From NCBI GenBank assembly GCA_020346285.1, contig CP070780.1:1113021-1177020 (forward strand): DNA of 64,000 nt. The letters are read 5' to 3'. Every line of letters begins with the position of its first letter. Positions within the stretch are counted from its first letter, which is position 1. Of the stretch, positions 9,018 to 19,303 are shown piece by piece. The notes under the pieces are model-generated. The model had not been told where the DNA came from and searched no databases. It saw only the letters and a list, made by a program, of their open reading frames with translations. Source of the DNA: Candidatus Omnitrophota bacterium. GTDB lineage: Bacteria > Omnitrophota > Gorgyraeia > JABMRN01 > RBG-13-46-9. Both the position numbers and the translations under genes were made by a program.

Positions 9018-9655
9018 TACTCGGAATAACCCCGGCTCGCGGAGGAAGTAAAGGCATACCGAGGAAAAACATTAAAGAGATCGCCGGTAAGCCTTTAATC
9101 GCATGGACGATAGAAGCGGCGAAGTCGGCAAAATTACTCGATAGATATATTGTCTCTACGGAAGATACGGAGATCGCCCGAGTCTCGCGAAAATACGGGG
9201 CTGAAATATTAAAAAGGCCGGCATGCCTTGCAACTGATAAGGCCTCAACACTTGGCGTGCTCCAACATGCGGTTCGGCAAATTCCTTGTGATATTGTAGT
9301 GCTTCTTCAGGCTACGTCTGCAATAAGAAAATCCACCCTTATCGATGAGTGCATAAGGGAATTTATAGATAATAAATATGACTCCTTATCCACTGGTTTT
9401 ATGTGCAAATATGTGGAATATGCAAAGAACGAGCTTCGAAGGCAGGATATTAAAGGATTCTTTCATGATGATGGCAATGTCTATGTACTAAAAGCTGACC
9501 TTGTCAGAAAGGGAGACCGCTACGGTAGAAAGACCGGGAGGAAAATCGTAAGCCGGTGGGAGAACGTGGAGATAGACGATGAATTCGATTTTTGGCTAAC
9601 CGAGAAAATTCTGAAGGATAGTTATAAAGAAGTAATTAGAGAGATATGCGCGTAA
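9014..9655 (+). CDS. neuA: Acylneuraminate cytidylyltransferase (CMP-nonulosonate synthetase)
   Basis: PARGGSKGIPRKN, VSTED, LQATS, EIDDEFDF. Confidence 0.85.
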   Translation: MILGITPARGGSKGIPRKNIKEIAGKPLIAWTIEAAKSAKLLDRYIVSTEDTEIARVSRKYGAEILKRPACLATDKASTLGVLQHAVRQIPCDIVVLLQATSAIRKSTLIDECIREFIDNKYDSLSTGFMCKYVEYAKNELRRQDIKGFFHDDGNVYVLKADLVRKGDRYGRKTGRKIVSRWENVEIDDEFDFWLTEKILKDSYKEVIREICA

Positions 9656-10365
9656 CGATACATCAACCGGAACATATGCCGTGGCCCGGATTTTTCCACA
9701 AGATAAACATGGCGGATACATATGTGGTTCTGGATAATGTTCAATATCGAAGGCGATATTTCCAAAATAGGAATAAGATCAGGACTGCGGATGGCTGGCA
9801 GTGGGTAACAGTTCCTTTAGAAAAAGAAACAAGGGATAGACTGTTAATAAAAGATGCCAGGATCTGGAAGGAAAATTTAAAATGGAAAAGCAAGAATCTC
9901 GAAAGCATTTATCACAACTACCGAAAAGCCGAATACTTTATATATTACTGGAATGGATTCGAGTCTATTTATAATAGAGATTATTTTTACCTGGCAGATT
10001 TCAATCTCGCTCTTTTGAAATTTTTCTTTGAAAAGCTGAAAATCAGGTGCGAAGTCCGGCGGGCTTCGGAAATGGATATTTCCGGCAGGAAGGGGGATTT
10101 GATATTTAATATCTGTAGAGCCTTAAAAGCAAAAAAATATATTTCCGGCATTTCCGGAAAGGAATATTTAAATCTAAAAGATTTTAAGAAAGTGGGGATA
10201 GGGGTAGTTTTTCAGGAATTTCACCACCCGGTTTACAAACAATTACATAAACCTTTTATTGCATGCATGTCTATAATTGACCTTTTATTTAATTACGGAG
10301 ATAGAAGCCTCAATATTATCAGGGGTAAGGGTGGTGTCCCCTTGATGGAAGAGGTAATCCTTTAA
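9646..10365 (+). CDS. WbqC family protein
   Basis: IHQPEHMPWPGFF, FQNRNKI, YISGISGKEYL, SIIDLLFN. Confidence 0.85.
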   Translation: MRVTIHQPEHMPWPGFFHKINMADTYVVLDNVQYRRRYFQNRNKIRTADGWQWVTVPLEKETRDRLLIKDARIWKENLKWKSKNLESIYHNYRKAEYFIYYWNGFESIYNRDYFYLADFNLALLKFFFEKLKIRCEVRRASEMDISGRKGDLIFNICRALKAKKYISGISGKEYLNLKDFKKVGIGVVFQEFHHPVYKQLHKPFIACMSIIDLLFNYGDRSLNIIRGKGGVPLMEEVIL

Positions 10366-11241
10366 ATGGGGAAGACTATTATAATAGCGGAAATAGGCGA
10401 GTGTTTTAACGGAGATCTGGAGGTAGCAAAAAAACTAATGTTTGCAGCGAAGAACGCGGGGTGTGATATCGCAAAATTTCAAACACTTGACTATGAGAAT
10501 ATTCAGGAAAATGATCCGGAGTCGGATTGGTTTAAAAAAATTGCGCTTACCGTCGAGAAAATTAATCTCTTGATTAAATATGCCGATGAAACAGGCATAG
10601 ATATCCTCTTTTCGCCAGAAAATTTAAAGACTGCAAAGTGGTTAATAAGGTCAGGTTTGAAAGATGTTAAAATCGCAAGCAACACCATGCAAGATAAGGA
10701 ATTAATCAAGTTTATTAATTGCCATTTTGAACATGTTTTTATGTCAACTGGCATGGCTTTGCTTGAAGAGGTTAAGGATGCTGTGGATAGCTTAAACAAA
10801 GTTAGCGAGCTATATATAATGCATTGTGTTTCCGAGTATCCGACAGGGCCCCTTTTAGAAAAGAGAGGCCTTAAGGCATTATCCCATGATGATGTGAGGC
10901 TTAATATGATGAAAATGCTTATGGAAGAGTTTCCGCGGTACAAGATAGGATATTCGGACCATACGCAAGGGATACTCGCGCCTCTAGCAGCGGTGGCCAT
11001 GGGCGCAAAGGTAATCGAAAAACATATCACCCTTGACAGAAAGACACCTATCGAAAACTTCTTAAAAGGCAAGGAATATCTCGGAACGGACCATATTCTT
11101 TCAATAGAGCCGGATGAACTGAAGGAGATGGTAAGAAGAATACGGGAGATGGAGAGGATGTTCGGCACTAATAAATGGGAACGTTCCGAAGGCGAATATA
11201 TGTTAAGGAATTTTTTGAGAGGACGGTTTGCAAGTAAATAA
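10366..11241 (+). CDS. Divergent N-acetylneuraminate synthase family protein lacking the C-terminal SAF domain
   Basis: IIAEIG, AKFQ, KIAS, MSTGM, HCVSEYP, GYSDHT, IEKHITLD; only 291 aa. Confidence 0.85.
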   Translation: MGKTIIIAEIGECFNGDLEVAKKLMFAAKNAGCDIAKFQTLDYENIQENDPESDWFKKIALTVEKINLLIKYADETGIDILFSPENLKTAKWLIRSGLKDVKIASNTMQDKELIKFINCHFEHVFMSTGMALLEEVKDAVDSLNKVSELYIMHCVSEYPTGPLLEKRGLKALSHDDVRLNMMKMLMEEFPRYKIGYSDHTQGILAPLAAVAMGAKVIEKHITLDRKTPIENFLKGKEYLGTDHILSIEPDELKEMVRRIREMERMFGTNKWERSEGEYMLRNFLRGRFASK

Positions 11242-12217
11242 AGTTAAGGTTTTATTCAAAACCAAAGGCGGGCATAAAGAGGGGATGGGGGATATTACCT
11301 CTTCTTTAGCACTGGCGGAGGCATTTAGAGATCAAGGCCATGAAGCAATGTTTATTGTCAATGATAACAAGAGTGCTATAGAGTTAATTTCTCAAAAAGG
11401 TTTCAAATATAAAATGGCCGAGACTCAAACAGAATTAGCGACATCGGTCGGCAAGGAGCCAATAGATATAGCGATTTTAAATCAGTTAAATACGCCCACC
11501 GACGAAACGCAAATCTTCAAGGCTAATTCCAAGATGCTCGTTACAATTGATGATACAGGGGATAGTGCTGAATTAGCCGATATCTCTTTTAACGTTCTTT
11601 ACCCCATAGAAAGCGCTTATGTTGACTTTAAGTACATTGCACTTTTTCCAGTATTCCAGGAGAAACATAATATTTCACGGGTGATAAAAAAAGAGGTGGA
11701 AACAATACTTGTTACCCAGGGAGGAAGCGATACTTATGGTTATACGCCGAAGATCATAAAAGGGTTATACAAAGTGACTCCCGGAATAGTCATAAACGTG
11801 GTACTCGGGCCAAACTTTTCTCACCACCTGCACCTTAAACAAATTCTGGAGGATGCACCGCGGAGTTTTAATATTATAAAAGGAAAAAACGATCTGTCGA
11901 ATTTAATGCTGCAAGCCGACATGGCTATAAGCGGAGGAGGTAATATATTGTTTGAACTGGCGTGTCTTGGCGTTCCGACCATCGTTATATGCGGCGAACG
12001 TTTCGAAGAAAAAACAGCCAAGAGATTACAAGGAGAAGGTTTTGGCATAAATTTGGGTTTCGGAAAATATGTTAAGGAAAAAGATATATGCGGTGCGGTA
12101 ACCGAGCTCATGAATGACACAAAAAAACGCAGGCAAATGAGCGCGAAAGGCATGGATCTTATTGACGGATACGGCGCGACAAGGGTTGCGGAATTAATAA
12201 TAAGACAATTGTTATGA
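11228..12217 (+). CDS. PseG/SpsG-like nucleotide-sugar hydrolase (GT28-like fold)
   Basis: GGHKEGMG, VTIDD, TQGGSD, ADMAISGGG..FELACLGVP, IDGYGA. Confidence 0.75.
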   Translation: MQVNKVKVLFKTKGGHKEGMGDITSSLALAEAFRDQGHEAMFIVNDNKSAIELISQKGFKYKMAETQTELATSVGKEPIDIAILNQLNTPTDETQIFKANSKMLVTIDDTGDSAELADISFNVLYPIESAYVDFKYIALFPVFQEKHNISRVIKKEVETILVTQGGSDTYGYTPKIIKGLYKVTPGIVINVVLGPNFSHHLHLKQILEDAPRSFNIIKGKNDLSNLMLQADMAISGGGNILFELACLGVPTIVICGERFEEKTAKRLQGEGFGINLGFGKYVKEKDICGAVTELMNDTKKRRQMSAKGMDLIDGYGATRVAELIIRQLL

Positions 12218-13275
12218 GGATAAATAAGGACCAGTTTAGTTTTTCAAAACGGAAAAATCTTATTTTTTCTTATAAAAGAGGATATGGGGCAATACCGGCG
12301 TACATTGTCAATCGTTTTCAGTGGTATTTTTATCCGAAATTGCATTACGTTTCTAAGTTTCCGATTCACCTGGATGTCGAAATTTCCAATGAATGTAACA
12401 TGCAATGCCCGATGTGCTTTAGGACCACGGAATTTTTTAAAAAGAACATAGAAAAGGGTTTCATGGAATTTTCTTTATTTAAAAAAGTAGTCAACGAAGC
12501 TCGGCGTTATGGTATTTATTCGATAAGAATAAGCCACAGGGGGGAGGCTTTTATTCACCCCAATGTTATAGAGTTTATCAGATATGCCAAGCGTTCCGGG
12601 ATTAAGGAAGTCGCTGCTCTCAGCAATATCTTGGCGCTTCCGCCTTTGCTTTTTGAAGAGGCAATGAAAGCAGGCCTGGACTGGCTCACTATTTCATTTG
12701 ACGGATTGGGCCCGACTTATGAGAAGATTAGACGCCCGGCGAAATTCAAAGATTCTTACGAGAAGGTGAAAGCATATAAGCGAATAAAAGAGAAAGCCCA
12801 TTCACATAAACCCGTTATAAAGATTCAAAGTGTATGGCCAGCCGTTAGAACCTGCGCAGAAGAATTTATCGAGAGTTTTGAACCGTATGTTGACGGCATA
12901 GCTTCTAATCCGTTGATTGACTATTTGCATAAAGACCACCCCCAAGACATAGAGTACTGGGAGAATTTTGATTGCCCTACTCCATATCAAAGATTAACAA
13001 TTCTTTTTAACGGCTTGGTACCATATTGCCACAACGATGAATTTTGTACATATATTATAGGCGATATCAAAAAAGACACAATTCGTAACGTATGGCATGG
13101 TCCGGACATGACAAAAGTAAGAAAAGCTCACAGGGCGTGTCAGGGGAGGACTGTCTTAAGCGCATGTAAACATTGTTTTTTACCCCGCAAGGCCGAGCCG
13201 GTTATAGAACATATAGGCGATAGAAAATTGGTTGTGGAGAAATACACGAAAAGAACACAAAAAATCGGTGCTTGA
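12214..13275 (+). CDS. Radical SAM/SPASM (twitch) domain protein
   Basis: CNMQCPMC; C-terminal CPTPY...YCHND...CKHC. Confidence 0.9.
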   Translation: MRINKDQFSFSKRKNLIFSYKRGYGAIPAYIVNRFQWYFYPKLHYVSKFPIHLDVEISNECNMQCPMCFRTTEFFKKNIEKGFMEFSLFKKVVNEARRYGIYSIRISHRGEAFIHPNVIEFIRYAKRSGIKEVAALSNILALPPLLFEEAMKAGLDWLTISFDGLGPTYEKIRRPAKFKDSYEKVKAYKRIKEKAHSHKPVIKIQSVWPAVRTCAEEFIESFEPYVDGIASNPLIDYLHKDHPQDIEYWENFDCPTPYQRLTILFNGLVPYCHNDEFCTYIIGDIKKDTIRNVWHGPDMTKVRKAHRACQGRTVLSACKHCFLPRKAEPVIEHIGDRKLVVEKYTKRTQKIGA

Positions 13276-13290
13276 TTGATAGGATATAAA

Positions 13291-14973
13291 ATGAAAAGAT
13301 TTGTGAAGACCACCGGCCAAATGGCGGAAGCGAGGGATTATTGCTGGGAGGTTTATGAGACGGTACTTGCGCAATTATCCGAAAGGCTGAATTCTATCCA
13401 CAATGTTTCCTATCCTGCCAGGTATTGGGCAATTCTTATGGGTTCCTGGCTTTTACACTTTATCGAGGTGCTCTATGATAGATACAAAAGAATAGAAAAA
13501 ACCTTAGAGCTTTTCCCGGATTTTTACACCAGCGCACTCCCGGAGGAAAAGTGTTCGCTTGTATCTTCCGATACGTATGATTTTTTAGTCAGAAAAGTAT
13601 CACGTAACAATTATTATAACCTCAAGTTATTCAGCATGGTAGTGCGCAAGTTGTGTCCCCAACATGTGAGAGATAGGGATGTTACGCCGAAAGTCGAGAC
13701 CGGACCCAAAACACTTTCCTTTAAGCATAGCCTGAAAAGAGAAATATTTTATAAACTTCTCCGACTATTCGATATCTTTATAAAGAATCCCATAGTTTTA
13801 AGCGATATGTATCATTTGGACCCTATGGATATTCTGGCGCTGAAATTTAAGAGTTTGAAGACACTGGTTTTTATGGATTTCGAGCCATTGCTGGACTATG
13901 ATGTTTCAAAGAATTGCTATTCCGACAGCATGAGAAAGAAACTGAAATTGGGGGAAAGTAGTGATAGATTTCAATCATTGCTTTATAAGGTCATTCCCGA
14001 CGCGATACCCACATGCTATCTGGAGAATTACAGAATATACAAAGACAGTATCGGCCGCGCCAAAAACACGATGCCTATAAGTGCAATAGGGTCTGCCATA
14101 GGTTGGTTTTTTAATGAAAGGTTCAAGTTTTTTGCCGCAGAAGCGTCATTAAAAGGAACTCTCCTTATAGAGTTTCAACGCGGAGGCAACTTCGGTTATG
14201 CCGCTGTTCTCTCACATGAGGCAATGACTTTACTGGAAAAAGATATTTTTTACACGTGGGGATGGACCTCGGAAATAAATAACAAAACAAAACCTCTGCC
14301 GTCTCCACACCTTTCTAAATTGAGAGATACCCATTCAACAAAACTCGATAACGTTTTATTTATAGGTGTAGTTATGTCCCGATATCACTATAGATTTCAA
14401 AGCGCGCTCCTATCCGATGATATGCCTGGCTATTTTGAAGACAAGAAGATATTTTTCCAGGCCCTGTCAGAAGAAATTAAAAATAAGGTCCTATACCGCC
14501 CTTATGTAGATGACCGTGGATGGGGGGAGTTGGATAAAGTAAAAAAAGTATGCCCTAAAGCAAAATTTATATCAAAGGGCAAAGCTATAAAATGGATGCA
14601 GAGAGTAAAGTTGGTGGTTATAGACCATCCGCACACAAGCTTTCTTGAGGCCTTGGCTATTAATGTCCCTTGCGTTTTTTATTGGAAACACGATGTTTAT
14701 TCTATACGCCCGGAAGCAGAGAGGTATTTCGAGCTGTTAAGAGATGCCGGCATTGTTTTTAAGGATCCGTTAAGCGCCGCCGAGAAGGTTAAAGAGATAT
14801 TCAATGACCCGATGAATTGGTGGCAGAGTGACGGCGTTCAAAAAGCCCGCTTCGAATTTTGTAAACGATTTGCTTACGCCGAAAAGAATTGGCTAAAGAT
14901 ATGGACAGAAGAATTAAAAAAATTTCATGTAGACATATCCAAGAAAACAAAAGATGCAAAAGCACATTGTTAA
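13291..14973 (+). CDS. Putative transferase, LIC12162-like family
   Basis: LNSIHNVSYPARYW...GSWL, IPTCYLENY, QxGG.FG, YTWGW, TSFLEALAINVP, WWQS; family recognised from memory. Confidence 0.7.
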   Translation: MKRFVKTTGQMAEARDYCWEVYETVLAQLSERLNSIHNVSYPARYWAILMGSWLLHFIEVLYDRYKRIEKTLELFPDFYTSALPEEKCSLVSSDTYDFLVRKVSRNNYYNLKLFSMVVRKLCPQHVRDRDVTPKVETGPKTLSFKHSLKREIFYKLLRLFDIFIKNPIVLSDMYHLDPMDILALKFKSLKTLVFMDFEPLLDYDVSKNCYSDSMRKKLKLGESSDRFQSLLYKVIPDAIPTCYLENYRIYKDSIGRAKNTMPISAIGSAIGWFFNERFKFFAAEASLKGTLLIEFQRGGNFGYAAVLSHEAMTLLEKDIFYTWGWTSEINNKTKPLPSPHLSKLRDTHSTKLDNVLFIGVVMSRYHYRFQSALLSDDMPGYFEDKKIFFQALSEEIKNKVLYRPYVDDRGWGELDKVKKVCPKAKFISKGKAIKWMQRVKLVVIDHPHTSFLEALAINVPCVFYWKHDVYSIRPEAERYFELLRDAGIVFKDPLSAAEKVKEIFNDPMNWWQSDGVQKARFEFCKRFAYAEKNWLKIWTEELKKFHVDISKKTKDAKAHC

Positions 14974-15014
14974 TAATAAAAAAAACTACATTGCAATATT
15001 CGGGAATATAAACC

Positions 15015-15989
15015 ATGTTTTTTAAAAACCCTGATTCAAAAAGGGAGAATCCTTTTAGAAAGCTGTATGACAACAAAGAATTTAAGACAATTCACCAGCG
15101 CAAAGATAAATTGCCGGATTTTCCATTTTTAGTCGATGTCGAACTCACCAATCACTGCAATTTGAAATGTATTTTTTGCGGGCAGCAAGCTATGAAAAGG
15201 GACAAGGGTTTTATGTCCGAAACAACTTTAAAGAAAATTGTAGACGAATGCGCGGGACATAATACGCCTATCAGATTTATTCGGCTCGGCGAACCATTTT
15301 TGCATCCGAAGATAACGGATTTCTGTAAATATGTGAAATCCAAGGGGCTTATCCTTCATATTACAAGCAATGGCTTGGCGATAACAGGAAATCATATGAA
15401 CTACCTGATCGAACTCGGAGTTGATTCGCTTATTTTTTCATTACAGGGAGCCACAAAAGAACAATACGAGGCGATGAGGGGGGACAATACCTATGACAGA
15501 TTAAGAGGGAATGTTTTAAAAATGGTGGAACTGAGGAAAGATAGAGAAAATCCTTTTATCCATATATCCAGCACTATGACCGATGAATCAAAAAAAGAAA
15601 TAGACAATTTCGTCAATTATTGGGGGTATCTTATTGACGCAGTTAGTATCGGAAAGACAAATCTCTCGCTCTTATCAGCGGCCCAGATAAATTCTTTTAA
15701 GGCTATCGGTAAACTCGAATTGTTGAAGAAACAGGAAACGATCAAAAAAGAGTATCGGTTGTGTACGGAGGTCTACCAGAAATTGAGTATTGACTGGGAC
15801 GGAAAGGTTACCTGTTGCTGCGGGGATTTCGATAATTTTTTGACAGTCGGCGACCTGGGCCGTTCGACACTTTTTGATATTTGGAATAGTAGCAAGGAAT
15901 TAAGAATTTTCAGAGAATTACTTGAAAAAAACATGCATAAATGTCTGACATTATGCAGCACTTGTTACCACGCATATGACGAATTTTAA
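15015..15989 (+). CDS. Radical SAM/SPASM domain protein
   Basis: CNLKCIFC, GEP, CTEVY...DGKVTCCCGD...CSTC. Confidence 0.9.
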   Translation: MFFKNPDSKRENPFRKLYDNKEFKTIHQRKDKLPDFPFLVDVELTNHCNLKCIFCGQQAMKRDKGFMSETTLKKIVDECAGHNTPIRFIRLGEPFLHPKITDFCKYVKSKGLILHITSNGLAITGNHMNYLIELGVDSLIFSLQGATKEQYEAMRGDNTYDRLRGNVLKMVELRKDRENPFIHISSTMTDESKKEIDNFVNYWGYLIDAVSIGKTNLSLLSAAQINSFKAIGKLELLKKQETIKKEYRLCTEVYQKLSIDWDGKVTCCCGDFDNFLTVGDLGRSTLFDIWNSSKELRIFRELLEKNMHKCLTLCSTCYHAYDEF

Positions 15990-16005
15990 TTATGGAGTTT
16001 AACCG

Positions 16006-17004
16006 ATGGACTTGAGAAAAAAGAAAGTACTTGTAACGGGTTCTGAAGGATTTATAGGAAGCCATCTTGTCGAGAAGCTTTTGGAGGCGGGATGCGATGT
16101 CAGGACGTTTGTTTATTATAATTTTTCCAATTCCTGGGGTTGGCTGGATACCTTTTCAAAGGGTAAGTTGAATAAAATCGAAATTATTACAGGGAATATA
16201 AGAGACCCCAATAATGTCCTAGAGGCCGTAAAAGGGGTAGACGTTATATTTCATCTTGCTGCGCTGATAGGGATTCCGTTTAGTTATCGCTCTCCGGAGA
16301 GTTATGTTGATACAAATATAAAAGGCACCCTTAACATAATGAAGGCAGCGGCGGATTCAGGAGTTGAAAAAATTCTGGTTGCTTCGACATCGGAAGTATA
16401 TGGAAGCGCCAGATATGTCCCCATAGACGAAGAACACCCAAGGCAGGGGCAGTCCCCTTATTCGGCTACAAAAATAGGGGCGGATTATATAGCGCAATCC
16501 TTCCATAGGAGTTTCGGTTTGCCTGTTGTAATTGCCAGGCCTTTTAATACCTACGGGCCGAGGCAGTCTGCAAGAGCGATTATACCGACAATAATAACGC
16601 AGCTTTTATCGGGAAAAAACCGGGTAAAACTCGGCGCATTGGACCCTACGAGAGATTTTATCTTTGTGAAGGATGTGGCTGGTGCAATGGTTGAAATAGC
16701 AAAATCCGACAAGACAACTGGCGAGGAAATAAACATCGCAAGCCAAACCGAGATATCAATAAGGCACCTTGCGCGCAAACTTATAAATATGATTAACCCC
16801 GAAAGTAAGCTGGTAAAAGATGCAGCAAGGTTAAGACCGGAAAATAGCGAGGTAAAGCAGCTTCTGGGCAGCAATAAAAAAATAATGAAGCTGACAAACT
16901 GGAAAACGACATATAATCTGGATGAAGGTTTGAAGGAAACGGTCGAATGGTTTAAAAACAAAGAAAATTTAAAATTGTATAAGTCGGACATTTATAATGT
17001 GTAA
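16006..17004 (+). CDS. legB: NAD-dependent NDP-GlcNAc 4,6-dehydratase, LegB-like
   Basis: GSEGFIG, YYNFSNSWGWLD, HLAALIGIPFSY, STSEVYG, PYSATK, RPFNTYGPRQSARA. Confidence 0.85.
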   Translation: MDLRKKKVLVTGSEGFIGSHLVEKLLEAGCDVRTFVYYNFSNSWGWLDTFSKGKLNKIEIITGNIRDPNNVLEAVKGVDVIFHLAALIGIPFSYRSPESYVDTNIKGTLNIMKAAADSGVEKILVASTSEVYGSARYVPIDEEHPRQGQSPYSATKIGADYIAQSFHRSFGLPVVIARPFNTYGPRQSARAIIPTIITQLLSGKNRVKLGALDPTRDFIFVKDVAGAMVEIAKSDKTTGEEINIASQTEISIRHLARKLINMINPESKLVKDAARLRPENSEVKQLLGSNKKIMKLTNWKTTYNLDEGLKETVEWFKNKENLKLYKSDIYNV

Positions 17005-18130
17005 AGAGATATATCTGGATGCGCCGAACATCGGAAGATTAGAAAAAGATTACCTTAGCGAAACAATAGATAGCGGTTTTGTATCTACCTTCGGGCCTTA
17101 TATTTCAAAATTTGAAGAAGAAATGGCTAAATACATGGGTGCAAAAAAAGCTGTTTCTACTCAAAGCGGGACTGCCGCACTTCACGTAGCGTTATATGAA
17201 CTCGGCATAGGCAAAGGCGACGAGGTAATAGTTCCTGCATTGACGTTTATAGCCACAGTTAATCCTGTTATATATGTTGGAGCAAAGCCTGTTTTTGCAG
17301 ACGTAGATATTAAAACCTGGAATATTTCTCCGTCAGAAATTGAAAAGAGAATAACAAAAAAAACAAAAGCAGTGATACCGGTTCATTTTTACGGGAATCC
17401 GTGTGATATGAATGAAATAATGGATATTGCCAAAAGACATAACCTCTATGTAATAGAGGATGCAACCGAAAGCCTGGGGGCAAAGTATGATGAGAGGTAT
17501 GCGGGGACTTTCGGAGATTTAAGTTGTTTTAGTTTCAATGGAAATAAAACTATTACTACGGGTGGCGGAGGCATGGTAGCCGGAAATGACGAAAAGAAGC
17601 TGGAGCATATAAAATTTTTGATAAATCAAGCAAGAAATGAATCTAAGGAATATTACCATCCCGAAATAGGCTTTAATTATAGAATGACAAATTTAGAAGC
17701 GTCATTGGGATTAGCACAAATGGAAAGAATCGATGAATTTTTAATTAAAAAAAGGAGATTCCACGATATATACAAAGAAGAACTTAAAGATATTGAAAAT
17801 GTTTATTTTCAGGAAGAATATGAAGAAGCACAAAGCTCCTGGTGGCTATCGTGCGTTATTTTTGGTAACAGCATAGATATACCCCTGTTACAGAAAGAAT
17901 TAAAGAATAACGGAATTCCGACAAGGAGGATTTTTATGCCTGTAATAGAATTTCCACCGTATGAGAACTATAAAAAAAGAGATTATAAAAATTCCTATTA
18001 TATTTATGAAAGGGGCTTATGTCTTCCTAGCTCCACGCTCAATTCCGAAGAGGGCATATATAAGGTTTGCAAAATGTTGAAAAATATCTTGCTAAAAAGA
18101 GGTGAAGGAAAATGCGTAAGGTCTATATAA
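16997..18130 (+). CDS. legC: LegC-like DegT aminotransferase
   Basis: SGTAALH, EDATESLG, SFNGNKTITTGGGG, GFNYRMTN, LCLPSS; directly follows legB. Confidence 0.8.
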   Translation: MCKEIYLDAPNIGRLEKDYLSETIDSGFVSTFGPYISKFEEEMAKYMGAKKAVSTQSGTAALHVALYELGIGKGDEVIVPALTFIATVNPVIYVGAKPVFADVDIKTWNISPSEIEKRITKKTKAVIPVHFYGNPCDMNEIMDIAKRHNLYVIEDATESLGAKYDERYAGTFGDLSCFSFNGNKTITTGGGGMVAGNDEKKLEHIKFLINQARNESKEYYHPEIGFNYRMTNLEASLGLAQMERIDEFLIKKRRFHDIYKEELKDIENVYFQEEYEEAQSSWWLSCVIFGNSIDIPLLQKELKNNGIPTRRIFMPVIEFPPYENYKKRDYKNSYYIYERGLCLPSSTLNSEEGIYKVCKMLKNILLKRGEGKCVRSI

Positions 18131-18195
18131 TAGCCGAAGCCGGCATAATCAAAAAGAGTTTTTATGATATAGATTTTAATCTTGGGAGACAGTAA
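18112..18195 (+). pseudogene. 27-codon neuB'/'neuC deletion scar
   Basis: MRKVYIIAEAGI-IKKSFYDIDFNLGRQ*; compare intact neuB start MNRIFIIAEAGIN (59058) and neuC end LKKPFFDIDFG (near 61234). Confidence 0.8.
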
Positions 18196-19271
18196 TGCTG
18201 AAAAAAGATATTTTAATTAACGAAGGCGCGTCCATAAAGGATGCCTTGAAGAAATTAGATAAGAGTGCTGAGAAGGTATTACTGGTAGTAGATGAGAAAA
18301 GACACCTGTTGGGAACGATGACAGACGGAGATGTCAGGCGCTGTATTTTAACCGGTAAACATCTGGGAGATGGCATAGGCGAAGTCTATCACAAAAAGCC
18401 CATTCATATAAAGAAAAAAGATTTTTCACAAGAAGTAGTGAAAAAGATAATCGTTGGAAAGAGAATAGCGCTCGTGCCGATAGTAGATGAGGGTAATAAG
18501 ATAATAGATTTCGTAACAAGAGATGAGTTATTGTTAGAAGGAAAGATAGAGCCGTTAATTACAGACAAGTTAGATATACCAGTTGTTATCATGGCAGGAG
18601 GAGAGGGCACGAGATTGGACCCCTTCACCAGGATTCTCCCAAAGCCATTAATTCCTATAGATGATAAGCCCATCGTTGAGATAGTTATAGAAGAATTTAA
18701 AAGACAGGGCCTCAGCAAGTATTATTTAACATTAAACCATAAAAGCGGAATGATAGAGGCATATTTTGATGGCATAGACAAAGACTATGAGATAAAATTT
18801 ATAAGGGAAAACACCTTTTTGGGAACCGCCGGCAGCCTAAGGCTTTTAGAGAAAGAGATCGGCAGCATATTCCTTGTTTCTAATTGTGACGTTATTGTTA
18901 AAACAGATTTTGGGGAGGCATTAAATTTTCATAAAGAACAGCGCGCACTATTAACAATTCTCTCTCCCATCCAGCACTACAAGATTCCTTATGGGGTTGT
19001 AGAATTTAAACAAGGCGGAGAGGTTAAAACTATCATTGAAAAACCAGAGTATACCTTTACCGTCAATGCAGGGATTTACGTGCTGAGTAAAGAATCACTG
19101 CAATTTATGCCGGAAAGGTCACGCTTTGATATGACTGATCTGATAAGGGCCTTGATCGAACATGATAAAAAGGTTGTTATGTATCCGGTAAATGAATGTG
19201 ATTATATAGATATCGGGCAATGGGATAAATATCAGAAAACTGTCAGCAGTTTAAAAAGTCGTATGAGATGA
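18195..19271 (+). CDS. CBS-domain sugar-phosphate nucleotidyltransferase (PtmE-like)
   Basis: N-terminal CBS pair (TDGDVRR); IMAGGEGTRL.P.T...PKPL; LGTAG; DIG. Confidence 0.85.
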   Translation: MLKKDILINEGASIKDALKKLDKSAEKVLLVVDEKRHLLGTMTDGDVRRCILTGKHLGDGIGEVYHKKPIHIKKKDFSQEVVKKIIVGKRIALVPIVDEGNKIIDFVTRDELLLEGKIEPLITDKLDIPVVIMAGGEGTRLDPFTRILPKPLIPIDDKPIVEIVIEEFKRQGLSKYYLTLNHKSGMIEAYFDGIDKDYEIKFIRENTFLGTAGSLRLLEKEIGSIFLVSNCDVIVKTDFGEALNFHKEQRALLTILSPIQHYKIPYGVVEFKQGGEVKTIIEKPEYTFTVNAGIYVLSKESLQFMPERSRFDMTDLIRALIEHDKKVVMYPVNECDYIDIGQWDKYQKTVSSLKSRMR

Positions 19272-19303
19272 TATAGAGGGTAAGGCATGAGTTTGATATA
19301 AGA

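Noticed and set aside
14954-15025. Small ORF MQKHIVNNKKNYIAIFGNINHVF as another gene stub
   Set aside because: Too short and no match elsewhere in the window
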